Below, piece after piece: positions 13,392 through 26,900 of a stretch of 64,000 nucleotides of DNA. Source of the DNA: Tubulanus polymorphus (Eukaryota > Animalia > Nemertea); assembly GCF_964204645.1 (NCBI RefSeq), contig NC_134034.1, forward strand, positions 10,862,962 through 10,926,961, given 5' to 3'. Made by a program: the position numbers and the translations under genes. The notes under the pieces were generated by a model. The model saw only the letters and a list, made by a program, of their open reading frames with translations, searched no databases and was not told the DNA's origin. Position 1 is the stretch's first letter; each line of letters begins with the position of its first letter.

Positions 13392-15336
13392 ATCCAAGTG
13401 TGATCCTCTCCGGCCTAGTTCTCAGAATATTTTAAATTTTACTTCTTGTTTGTAATCACTTCTTTCTTCTCCATTCAGAGATATAAAACCTGGATACTGG
13501 ATAAAATAAAAAGATTTTTAAGGTGGTATTTGCTGCCGGAATTTGCGTAACTTCAAAGCGCCAACTACAATCCGTCAAGGAGGCCGGGATAGAAAAACTG
13601 GAAGGAATAAACGCAGACTACAGAAACAAGTTGCCGGTATTCAAACTGAAATATCTGAATATAGAAATGTTTGGGGCATGAAAAGTTCGGTTACATCGAT
13701 TCTTCAGTTTATACTCATAATATATTCGTTTGAAATCTTATATAAAAACCTTTAATTCATTATTTTCTCGTCGTTTTGTTAACAAAATCCTAACAAAGTT
13801 CACAATTTTGAACATGTACCCCGTATATGGGGTATTGAGTGGCGCCACCGGCTGGTGTTTACATTCCTTCGACTCGCTTCCCTGTGTAGGGTTAAACCAC
13901 GGCGCCACCGGCTGGTCTCCCGACTCGCATCCCTGTGAAAGTGTCGCGACCGCCACGCTATTGAACCGTAACACCAATGCCAATGATATGGCGAACTCAA
14001 ATGAACAGAAAAATGTGTACATTTAAAAGGAAAAAGTAGCAATTATAAAATGACTTCAAAAGGTTTATTGAACACATACTATAAATATTCGGTGAATTCT
14101 ACCGCCTGTGACTTCAGTGGCTAAAATTCATCTAATATATTCGAAGATTTGCTAACTATGAGAATGGCGTGATATTGCCAGGCGTGGCTTTAATACATCA
14201 AAATAATTCAAATCAAATAATCACGCTTTTTGTGAGCTGAAAATGATAAATAATAGATGATATTTATGGACGAGTCAAAATGATCATCGATCGTTTATTC
14301 GCCGAGCGCTCGTCGGGGACTGTGTGTGATCTAATGATATATGATATTTATATTGGGTCGTGATATATGAAATGACTCATTGTTTATCTAGGACGAGAGA
14401 CACTCGACTACCAACAGAGATTAATTAGGAGTTAGACCCTCTGAAAACAACACCGTCTCGGTATACTATCGATCAGCGGCCGTCTGTCGAGTGTTGAGTC
14501 GGTTTGACTACGCGAATGTCAGCGCGGCTCCTGCTACTGGGAATTATGCGGTCACGGCATCACCTCACCGCGTGTACAACACCGCGAGATGAAAACAATT
14601 CATCACTACAGTAAGTAGGTAAGTCTATTGAATGCTTAAGCAAATATTTATGGCACTCGCTCTGAGATCGTCAGTACCGGGAGGGGGGAGGGAGGGTTCC
14701 TGCTTCTTCATCATCGGAAACTTCTTTCTCGGAATGACGCCGTCAGTATTAACGCGCGCACGCTGTAAGGAAAAGAACTGTGCGCCGATCTTTTCAGATA
14801 GTTTGCGCACAAAAAATAATATACGAACCGTTTTGTGAAAAACGTGTTTCGTGTTTTGATAAATTAGACTTTTTGCCGTGCGTGCGTGCGTGTGTACCTG
14901 TGTGCGTGTCGGGCTTCACAAACACTCTTTTCACACAGATCGCAACAGATGTAAGTTTGTAAATGTTGTGCCGCAAATCAAATATTATTTCAAACGTTTA
15001 TTTCCGATTTTCAGAATTTTTTTTCTTTTGAAATATTTGCACTTTGACCGAGCGATAGACGTTGTTGACTGGTTGCTAAACACATTGCTAAACAAACGTT
15101 TATTTTTGGTCAAAAATGCTCATATACAAACTATGTGGGTGGATCTGTATGTAGGCATCAGACTCGAATTTATAGGTCGATGCGATGCCCGAACTTGCTC
15201 TGTGTCTTTATCAACGATGACATCTCAAATATATCCCGAAAAAGAATCTCAGTGGCTATTATTGTGTTTCGTTCTCCCAGGACACTTTTTATTACGATTA
15301 AATAAATTACATTCAACACTAAATAGAGTCTCTTGT

Positions 15337-15590
15337 TAAAAAGAGTATTATTGTCGGTTTAAGACGTGCATGAATTTGTCCCCGAAGGCCAAATAAAAAG
15401 TGACTGAACAAAAAAAAACTAGTTCAAACCACGCACGTATACTGTTCTTTTATAAATATGAAATTAAAAAGGGTATTATAGTCGTTGTAAGACGTGCATG
15501 AATTTAACCCCGGAGGCCAAATAAATAGTGACTGAACAAAAAAAACTAGTTCAAACCACGTACGTATACTGTTCTTTTGTAAATATGAAA
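15337..15590. repeat. Tandem duplication of ~125-130 bp upstream of the TLR
   Basis: TAAGACGTGCATGAATTT...AACTAGTTCAAACCACG occurs twice. Confidence 0.75.
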
Positions 15591-15938
15591 TATAAAGAAG
15601 TACTTTTGTGGAATTCGGTTTTCCCCGCAAGGGCCCTTCGACGTGTTTGAGCGCAATTCTACAATGTTTAAATGACAGAAAGTTCTGGTAATTTTTTTCC
15701 ATTTCCGTGTGTTCTGCAGACGAGATCGCTATTCTGGATTTCGACATTTTTTTTCCAGCTCTTTGGGGCAATGCATGCGGAGCATATGTTGATAGTATTT
15801 TGTATTAGTGTAACATCAACGCTTTCAGGACATTTCGGAATGAACATTCTTCGCAAAGGAAAACTTTGGCATTAGTACTGACCGATTGGATCATGTGGAT
15901 CAATTTGTTTTCATTTAGATTGATTTTGAAACTCAACG

Positions 15939-18838
15939 ATGCGTGAAGAGAACCCGAGCAGACGGACGTCCAGGCACTTTTTACAGACGTTACTTTTCGT
16001 TACGAATATATTTTTGTGTGTGACAGCTTGGGGCTTTGGACCAAACTGCCCGGGCCCAATACGGCGGGATGTTATCTGCCCGAAGCCCTGTTTGTGTTGT
16101 AGGTAAGTTGTGAATTTAAACATCTGCTTTACTCGTGTACTAAATATTCGAATTCGGCGATATCAATTTTCATCTTCGTCTGATTCTATTTCAGAACGTT
16201 CCTCAAAAATCAAGTAGAGGATCTTCGCATGACCTGCGTGCGCACCGGCATCACTTCCGTGCCCAGGCTGATTCCCGTTGACGTCACATATCTCGATCTC
16301 GGCTACAATAACATTTCGACCGTGTCACGTGACGACTTTGCCGGCCTATCGAATTTGCGGTCGTTGTATTTGCAAAGTTTAAAATTACTGAAAATTGAAA
16401 ACCATACATTTTCGGGTCTTAAAAATCTTCGAACTTTGAATTTGGCACACAATCCCGACCTTGACATTGAGGTGAACGCTTTCAGCGGTTTAGGTTCGTC
16501 GTTATCCTCGCTAGATCTGGAGGGTTCGGCGCCGAATTTCTACTCGGAGAATCTGGAATCGTTGGCCAGTTTGACTCAGCTGAAAGACCTCACGATCGGC
16601 ACTCTACCGTTGCCGTACTTGGACGAGCAAATATTCGTTAACAATACGAATCTTAAGGACATTCATTATTACGGCATGCCTGCGTTCGTGCGAACCCCGA
16701 ATCTGACAGCCGACATCACGCTGGTGCTCGTTTACGATCGGTTTCGAACCCTGGACCTCCGGATTCCGATCAACGCCAACAATTTACGTGTTATCTATCC
16801 TTTGAAGGCGGAGCGTATGTTACTGCGGAGATATCTTACCGGATTACGGAAGGTTACGAATCTATCGATGCAAATCAGACGATCTTGGATTACCGTAATC
16901 AATACGGATTTATTTTACGATATCGCAGAAATCGACGCTCTCGATTTAAACTTCTGTCGTGTGCGAGGTCTGGTCGTCAATCTGATACAGTCGTTGCAGA
17001 CGACACGTATTCGAGCCTTGTCGCTGCGAGACTGCAGAATTTCCAAGACGCATCTCGTCGGAGCGTTATTCAAACCGTTACGCAACAGCTCACTGCGCGA
17101 GCTGGATTTATCGCTGAACTATTTCAGCGTTATACCGGAAAACGCGTTCGAACACGTACCCGATTTGGAAATTTTAAAAATCGAATCGGCGAAGGTGGCC
17201 ACTATCGCCATGGACGCGTTCGCGCATTTACACCGTTTGAAAATCGTCAAGTTAGGAGACAATAAAATATCGACATTTTCGATACCGTTTATATTAAATT
17301 CGTGCCCGGATTTGTTAGACTTATCGATCGAAGCGAATCAGATTACGTACGACGAATTTTTCCACATGAACCATTCGAAATTGGAGCATTTGACGCTTTC
17401 GAGAAATCGAATCACGACATTCGTCGACGTCCGTCACTTGCCACGTTTGAAAACGTTGTACGCGTACGCGCTCAATCCCATGAAATTGACCTACTATTTA
17501 CGCGCGTTTGATTTTCGTGGGAACAAAAATCTCGAACAAATCGATATCGGTTCGAACAATTTGAGATTTACAAGTAGCGATAATACTCGTTTTGTCGGTT
17601 TGGACAAATTGAAGTCGTTAGACCTCAATAGAAACGCTTTAAGCCTCAGCCAGGAGGGGGCGATGGTGTCGGCATTTAGGAATTTCCCGCCATCGTTACA
17701 AGAGATATACCTCGCCGAGAATGACCTTACCGAACTGCCGGCCGGATTATTCCGTACCCTGAAGCAACTGCGTTACATTCATCTAACTGACAATAAGATA
17801 AAAATTATTCCGCGAGGATTTTTCGACGGGTTGAAAAATTTGATGGTGGTTAAATTGGACAAGAATGTTCTATCGACGCTGAGCGGCGACTCGGGTCTGA
17901 CGTCATTGCCCAGCCTACGCCAATTGTCATTGGACGAGAATTCGTTCGTCTGCGATTGTCAGCTGAGATGGTTGTCAAACTGGGTGAACAGATCGGTTAC
18001 CATCGATGTAGAGGGCGCCGATCAGTTCTGTCGTCTGCCAGAAAACCTGGAGAACACGACGATCGTCGGGTATCGTCTGCCGTGGATCAAATGCGATCGT
18101 AATTTCGAGAAACTAGCCGGCGGGATAGCCACGGCGACTGTGCTCATCAATCTGATACTGTTCGTGTTGATCATTCAGTACCGCGTCGATATCATGTTCT
18201 GGTGGAAGGTGACGCGTTATTGGCGCAATCGTTACGACGTATTCGCCGATTTGGCGGACGATTGTTACGACGCGTTCGTTAGTTACAACGTTAACGACGC
18301 TTTTTTCGCCACCGGATTCATGATCAGACATCTCGAACGTAGCGACGACGTTCGATTCAGATTGTGCATCGACGGTCGCGATTTCGAGTGCGGAGAGTTT
18401 CATAGCGTCAACATCGCCCAGAAAATGGAGAAAAGTCGCTGGGTGATTTTGGTAGTGTCGAAACACTTTTTGACCAGCGAATGGTGCAAGTATGAATTAC
18501 ACATGGCCGAATTGAAGTGTTTCGACGAAAGACGAAACGTGATTATTTTGATATTTTTGGAGGAGATCGACAGAAAGGCCTTGCCGAAAGGCGTCGTCTT
18601 GTTGAAGAAACATTGTCATTCTTTACGTTGGCCGAAAAAACAAAAGCAAGTGGCCCGGTTTTGGAAGAAGTTGAAATTGATAATGATCGGTCGCAATCGC
18701 AAAGAACAAACGACGACGACGGAAGCGAGGTCGGAGCCGACCACTTTTAGCGAATCGACGCGGGCTTCGATGGAACTGGCAGTCGAGTGCCGGAATAGCG
18801 TTGATGATATCAATATCGAGGCATTGGAAAGATTTTAA
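15939..18838 (+). CDS. Toll-like receptor, single cysteine cluster (vertebrate-like/scc) type, 935 aa, two coding exons (15939-16102, 16195-18838)
   Basis: Exon 1 gives a signal-peptide-like stretch (MREENPSRRTSRHFLQTLLFVTNIFLCVTAWG) and the LRR-NT start CPKPCLCC, joined by a phase-2 GT-AG intron (16103-16194) in frame to the long ORF. This carries many LxxLxLxxN repeats, one LRR-CT (NSFVCDCQLRWL...C...C), a TM helix (LAGGIATATVLINLILFVLII) and a TIR domain (YDAFVSY, LCIDGRDFECG, SEWCKYEL, FWKKLK). Confidence 0.95.
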
Positions 18839-20979
18839 TTTCGACAAACATTTTCTACATAGTTTTTACGCATGAAGGAGACCTACCCGTGGAGGGACCA
18901 GTCGCTGGAGAAGTCGGTTTAAGTTAACCATATAGCTGACATGGTTTCTCACATTGACTGATGATTCTTTAACCAACTTTTGAGCGACTCAGTCCCGACG
19001 ACATAAAGACTCGTTTTCTTTTTACGAAGATAATTTTCTAAAATTCTATTTCACAAGTACGAAAATTCTTGAATGTGAAAAAACGGCCATCAAACAACGA
19101 ATTAAAATTCTACTTTTTAATTCTTGTTTCGTTTTGTTCTTGTTTATTCTACTTTAAACATCGCCACGGGATCCGAATGAAGAGTTTTAACACAGACAGA
19201 TCGAAACAAATCGATAGAATACCCATATGCAAATTACATGCAAATTGCAGATCATGACGTAAGTAATCCCTACACTTTATCAGGGAGGTGGGAGTGAACC
19301 TCCCATGATACAGGACAGTGGAACTCCCACCTCCCTGGTAGAAGTAAGGATTAAGCGAAAGTAAGCGCTTCGGGGCTTGAGCACTTTTACAAGTGAGAAC
19401 TGCGGCCCCGTTCTCACGCCCGAACAGAGTTTTTGCTAAGAAAAATAGAAACATAAGTTGAATATTTACCTAAAAATATGGAAATATTTGAAATTGTGGG
19501 TGGATTGTAGTATCATAGGTTATACGACTAAGCCGCTACGATGGTCCGTATCGTACGTTATAAGGAAATGTAGTAGCTAGTGTCAGACGTGCTATCATTT
19601 AATTCACAGAAATTCCGCTATCGTTATTCATAGCCTAGGGGCAGCACTGAACGGTTGAGATCCAATACTGCCTCGTTACTCTACTGTGGCATGTGAGGAA
19701 TACAGATATTTTTCAAAGTCAAAATTTCATTCATCACTCAGCATAAGTTTGCTTTAAATGAATAAATGTATCAATGTTGAAGCTTTGATTAAGGAGATCT
19801 GCCTTTGAATTCGATTTTCAACCCACTTTTAAAGAACTCTTTTTCTCGGCGAATGTATTAGCATTCAGTAAAGCGACAGATCCACATGCCAAAGGAAGAA
19901 TTTATGGCAAATTAAATTATATTTCCCAAGTACTTCCATTGTCGAACCATAAATTAATCACTATTTTACTAACATAGTAGTCCGCATTTTCCGCGGATCT
20001 CACAGTACCAATAAATTTCACTTAGGTCATTCAATGTAAAAAATGTAACAGCCCAGTGATGCTTGCTTGGCTCTTGATTTAAAAAAATCCTTTTCGTAAT
20101 TTGGATTGAACAACTCTCACTTCGGTGATCAGCTTAAAAACAACAAACAATCGTAAATTTATCTTATAAAAATTCCTTTAATAATGAATACAACTGAATT
20201 TACAAACTGATACTAGTAAAGTCTATGTGTATGCAAATCTGGTCAAATTACAGATCAGTAAGTTAGCCCGATCAGTAAACTAGTCCGACCAGTAAACTAG
20301 TCCGATCAGTAAGCTAGTCCGCTGACCTGCATTACAGGGTCATTAACAAAATGTGTCTACACCCAGCTTTCTATAAGTTGTTCCAAATGAGACGCTGCCA
20401 GCTGCACGGGTTTGAGGGCAGTAAAACTGCAGGCTTTTATCCACCGCTGAAATGGTACGAAAGAAATCATCGATTAAACCATGAAAAGAACATCAAGTTA
20501 AACCCCTGACGCAGGTTTTATAGACTGGTACTTAATTTTATTGAAAATGAAATGATTTAGCCCCCGGTTTAAGATAATACCAGTCTATAAAACCAGTCTC
20601 AGACAGTTGAAAAAACATTGAAAATTTTTACCATTTTAGATTGGCTCTTAAAACCTATCTTATTTTGTTCAAGCTTATGCTAAGCCACACTTTTACAATC
20701 TAACAATATGCCTTAGAACAATATCTTATCGAATAACGCACCAAATATGGTAAATAAACAAACATATCAAAATGATAGATGCGAGCTTGATAGCTCTGTG
20801 TTATGTCTCGGCAGCCAAGAACCAGTTACGCGAATTTGGGTTGAGGAAAGTGAGCCCTGGACCCAGAGCTCCACGGTTTTCGGTTCAGAAATCTGACTCT
20901 TCGGTTAAAGATTAGTAAACACACAACTGGGTCCTGAATCGAAGATGGCCGAAACATTCGGTGTAAAACTTACGCGAGT

Positions 20980-23900
20980 TTATTGGTACGTAGCTGCAGG
21001 TTGGTACGCCGTCGTCGTTTGCTGGTACGTCGTGCCCGGCGGCGTGTACCCCGCGTACATACCGGCACCGGCTTGGTACGCGGGCGTTGTTTGTCCTTGG
21101 TACGTACCGTACGCTCCATACCCGGTGTTACTGTACGGCGCGGCGCCGTACGCTCCGTAACCCGCGAATTGATTCATCGCGTAACTATTCGGATTCGACG
21201 AGTACATATTCGTAGTTTGTTGAACAGGCGGAGTAGCGGCTGCCGTAGCTGCGGCTGCGGGTGTCGGCGTCGTCGTCGTCGTACCAGGGACGCTGCTACT
21301 GCTGGTGGTTTTCGCCGCTATCCGATGCGTCAGAAGAGCTTGAGACAACATATTGGAAATCTGTGACGAAAATAGAAATGAAATCAGACCTCAGACACAT
21401 ATTGGTTTCCATAACTAGTGACGATCTATATTTTTTACAATGAAGAAAAACCACAATTACAAAGGCAAACTTGATTTGAAAATGGTTCATAGACTTGAGT
21501 CTAAACGTCACTACTCTCTTAGTTTTTGAAAGTGGTTCATAGACTTGAGTCTAAACGTCACTACTCTCTTAGTTTTTGAAAGTGGTTCATAGACTTGAGT
21601 CTAAACGTCACTACCCTTAGTTTTGAAAATGGCTCATAGAATTGAGTCTAAACGTCACTACTCTCTTAGTTTTTGAAAATGGTTCATAGACTTGAGCCTA
21701 GACGTCACTGCTCTCTTAGTTTTGAAAATGGCTCATAGAATTAAGTCTAAACGTCACTATTCTCTCAGTTTTGAAAATGGCTCATAGAATTTAGTCTAAA
21801 CGTCACTACCCTTAGTTTTGAAAATGGCTCATAGAATTGAGTCTAAACGTCACTACTCTCTTAGTTTTTAAAAATGGTTCATAGACTTGAATCTAGACGT
21901 CACTACTCTCTTAGTTTTGAAAATGGCTCATAGAATTAAGTCTAAACGTCACTATTCTCTCAGTTTTGAAAATGGCTCATAGAATTTAGTCTAAACCTCA
22001 ATACTCTCTTAGTTTTTGAAAATGGTTCATAGACTTGAGTCTAGACGTCACTACTCTCTTAGTTTTGAAAATGGCTCATAGAATTAAGTCTAAACGTCAC
22101 TATTCTCTTAGCTTTGAAAATGGCTCATAGAATTAAGTCTAAACGTCACTATTCTCTTAGTTTTGAAAATGGCTCATAGAATTGAGGCTAAACGTCATTA
22201 CTCTCTTAGTTTTTGAAAATGGTTCATAGAATTCAGTCTAAACGTCACTAATTTCTTAGTTTTGAAAATGGCTCATAAGAATTGAGTCTGAAAGTTTCAT
22301 AGTATCCATCAATAAATACCTGTAAAGCTATTTGCGCATCTTTCTCAGTGACAACGATATTCGCGCCTAAACCGACCAAACTATCGCATAGTTTCTGTAA
22401 CTGTGAAATCCCTTGACCAGCAATCTATAAAATAGTTCACATATTCAATAAATGACTAGGGGCGGATCAAGGTTCGGGGGTCTGGACAGCTCGCCTTCTC
22501 AATAAATGCTTAAGTTCTTCTTAACGCCAACACAGAGATTGTTAAAATCTGACGTTTTCTACAGATATTTTCAGTCAGTCCTTCAGCACCATGGGAGATC
22601 ATTCGAATAAAATGTCTAAACTTTTAAACATGATCAAACATGATGACAATACAAACTTACCTTCTTGTAAGGAGGACCTCCCCTCTGAAAAAATAACCAA
22701 CATGGGAAGAGTTTAAAAAAAGTGAATCGAATAAGAGAGGATTCACAGTCAACAATTTGTAACTGAGATACAGAATGTCACGAGAAATATATCAGGTTTT
22801 TTTAGACTGTGTCGTAAAGAGGTCGCTCATTGACATAGGTGATACTCACATGCTCCTCCATACTACGTTTAGCTAACTGTCTAAAAATACAAAATCAAAA
22901 CAACTCTCAATTACTGAAATCAAAATCATAAGGCGTCAATTCAAATGTTTCGGCAAAAATTCTGAAAATAGTTCGTACCTTTTCGCATCTTGTTCTGCTT
23001 TCTGGGCAACTGAAAAAAAATTGAATTAAACTGTGAAATTTGGTCCACACCGAGCCCAACTGATAAAGTCACGCTTGTGCTTATGTTGTCATGGTTATGA
23101 AGACGACTTAACTAATGTTACGACTTATCCAAATGATGACTTAAGAAAGTTAAATTGACTCTATATTAGGGGGAAGAGTATTTTTCAGTCCAAGTGACAC
23201 ATGAGGGGTGGAAGGTAGGGGTATTTTTTTACCTGCCAGTTGCCGCTCGAGTTTAGCTTTCAACGCTTTCACCTCTTGATCCATATTCGGGTTGTAAAAC
23301 GCGTCCAATTCGACCTTGACCAAGATAGGTTTACGACCTTCCATCATTTCGATTTGTCGAGCCTGCTCGGCGGCCGCCTCCACGTTCTCCGACCTCTTTT
23401 TAGTGCTATCCGCGCACCGTTGAGCTCTGAACGGATCTACGATTTTCTGAAAATATCGGCATAAAACCCTTTTCAAAGTTTTCTCAATGGATGATTAAAA
23501 CATACCGTTACACCGAGGGGTCATGTTAGACATACCCTCACACTTCCAGATCTAAGGGGGTCATGTCTATGGTTACATGCCTCTCTCTTTACCCCACCCC
23601 TTAAATCGCCCTACTGATTATAAAAGCTTACCACCAACGATTAACTAACTAGGTTCAACTAGGACCTGTCTACGTTAGTGCGCTAGGTGGGCTCTTAAAA
23701 AATCGTGCGCTTAGAATAATAAAATGCCCTGTATCAAATTTACAGAATCTCCGAAACAGTTAAGGGGGGGGGGGGGGTGGGTGAAGGGGGTCTTTGTACG
23801 TACCATGTATTGATAACGATGTTTAAAACCGATCAAATGGTTCACTAAATTCCTCGGATCCATTTTACTCTCGCACAGAGAACAGATGTACCTCGCTTCC

Positions 23901-26900
23901 ACTTTAGGGTCTTCCTTCTGATACTCGGTTATATAATCCAACCCTAAAATATGACGACGATTATGACAATATGAATTTCTTCCGGTCGACGAGAAATCTC
24001 AGTAAAATATCCCGATTGAATCAAAATGCTGATCAATCCTTTCAGTGCTGACTAATTAATACCCGATAGTGCTGGAGATAATTTGAAAATTTTGAAAAAT
24101 TCCACCCGAGTGTGTAGAATAACGAGAATAGCACTACAGTGCGTCTACACCGAGGTGCGGTGTATCATTATTTACTAGTATTTCACTATGTTTGACAGGT
24201 GCTGCAATCTTTCAATAGAGATAAAAACTAATTACTAATTACACCAATACACTGCAGTGCGGTGTACTAGCAAAATCCATCACCGATTTATACACCGCAC
24301 TGCGGTGTAGACGCGCTGAAAGGGTTTAACCGGTTTCACTGTTGTATCGTTTTGCTAACCGATTAAAGGCTGTTCCATTTTATCGAGTTCCGACTGAATG
24401 CGACAAGCTCTTTTCTCGCGTTTCGTACTTTTAATAGCCGTACCTGAAAATAGAAATATTTCACGATCTATAAATTCATGCGAACGAGTCTCCGGACCCA
24501 GTCGCGTAATCATAATTCCATTTACTCGATCTTCAATGACTGATATTGATCTCAATATTTCAGAGTTAATGAGCGAAATCCACAGTTGATGATAAAACAA
24601 TTCATTCTTACACTTTCGATGTTTCAGAAAAAGAGATAACATAATAATGTTGTTCATATCGATCGTTGATGATTGTCATATCAATTTTATGTTATCTCGG
24701 TTTTTCTGATGTTGAAGTTCAGTCAAAAACATCGCAACTGTCAGAAAAGACTTTCATATCATCAACTGTGGGATCCCCAGCTGTTAAGAATTTAAATGCA
24801 ACTTTTTCAGTTCAAGATATTGATATCAAAGTAATTTTGACTAATCTTAAGTGATTGAAAATTTCAAATTTTGAAATCTAATTAGATCTTGACGCTTTAA
24901 ATCTCTAAGGATGGAACTCGATCTTGGGACGCATATCATCAATTGACATGAAACGTCTTTATCTCGATGATACACAATACTAACGCCGCCAATCATCAGT
25001 AAAATGGGCCGCTAGTCTTCGAGATTTTTTTTTGACAAGCAAAAAATTCTTCAATTCAAATTTTGAATGTTATTCATTTCGAATCCGAAGAAAAACATTG
25101 GTAATAATATATTTCGATGAGTAAATTTACGATCACGATTACACGACTGAGTCCTCGTTTTTTCAATCCACATTTCTTTTTAACATGTTTTAAAGTGAAA
25201 GATTTTGTAACGATTTTGCGGAATGGTACGTACGTGCGATATGCTTTATGTAACATACACTCTTAAAATAGGGTCGTTCGGCTACTGAATTCACAGAGGA
25301 CAAACTCAAACCGAAACACTAAATTTCACAGATTAAATCAGAAACCAAACTTCATCAATTCAAGTGACACGAAATCATCGACATGAACCAAGTTTCACGG
25401 TCTATGACAATGAAAATGCAGTTTTCACGGTCAAGTAAAACAGGCATTTTATAGTCTTTTAATGACCGATACGTTCCTAAGTCTTCAGAACGGATTTCCA
25501 CTAAGAAGTTTCTTTCTATTGAAATACCTTTCTTGAGGGAACGAGGATCACATTTACCACGGTCGCTTTAAAAAATCCTCGCGCATAACCTGTGGTTAAT
25601 ATTTGCCTTGGTTTAATGACAGCTATGTTTTCAAGCTTTACCAAGTTTGATGATTATGGGTTTTAATTCGATGGCTCGGGTAAACCACGGTTTGACAATC
25701 ACTGTGTACAACCAGTGATTAATATATACCATGGTTTGATGGCGGTAATACATTTCAACAAATGATTAGCATGTACCAAGTTTGATGATTATTGAGTATG
25801 GTTCAAATCAACCATGGTTGATGATGGCATAGCTATTTTCTGTAATGGCTATGGTTAACCATGGTTTGAAAATGGTTATTTTCATCCATGGGTTGGGTTA
25901 ACCATGGTCTGATGTCATGGCTTGTGTTAACCATGGTTTTCTTATTACGACTGCTTACCCCGATGGGACAATACCACGGTTTAACGATGGTACTGTTAAC
26001 CCATGGTAAAGGTATATCGTGGAACAACGATGGCTATAAGTAAATTAATCATTCATTCATTCATGGCTATTTCTACCCAATGGCTTAAGTTTACCGTGGT
26101 CCGACGTACAGATTTACAGATTACCATCTTTTTTCGTAGGACGAATTTAATTTACAAATCAATGTGTATTTGAATTTGATTGTGGTGTGCGTGTCAAGCG
26201 CCCCCTATGTACGGATACATAGGGGGCGCCACACGGTCACTCACCCCCTTCGCCGATGAGTTCAACGTTCTACAAAGACAAGAACATACGACAAAACAAA
26301 ATAAAATACAAGTTTAATCATTCTTTTAAAAAAAATCTCATTATCTTAATGGAAAATTCGGGCTCAGCTGCAAAGTCATGACTTATCTAAAGTGGAGTAG
26401 TTATAGAACTAAAATGAGCTTAGACTGGTTGTAATTTGACAGATTTGTTATAGAACCAAAATGAGCTTAGACCGGTCTTAAGATGCCATTACATTGGTTT
26501 AAGAACCAAAAAAGAGCTAAGACTGGTCTCAAGTTGTCAAAGTCTTGTCTGTGCAACTGACCCAAGGATTCCTCCATTTCATTTAGCGATGATTTGACCG
26601 AATTCTTTTGGCAGTTGAAAATTAAATCAATTTATATTTTAAAAGGATTTATAAAATGTTCTTCAATCGTCCAGCAAATTCCAGTACCTGCAGTGAACAC
26701 TTACCGTGGTTTAAAACGACTGAAACGCATCAAAAACAAGTGAAAACCACGGAAATATCCAAGATCCAGTTCTACAGTTCCAGTCAAATTTCAATCTAGG
26801 GACTAGTGGCCGGTTGCTGAAAAGTTGGTTAGAGTTAACCAGTGGATAGTCGACATAGTGACAATTAAAACTTCATGGTATTCATCCCACACTGCGGCCC

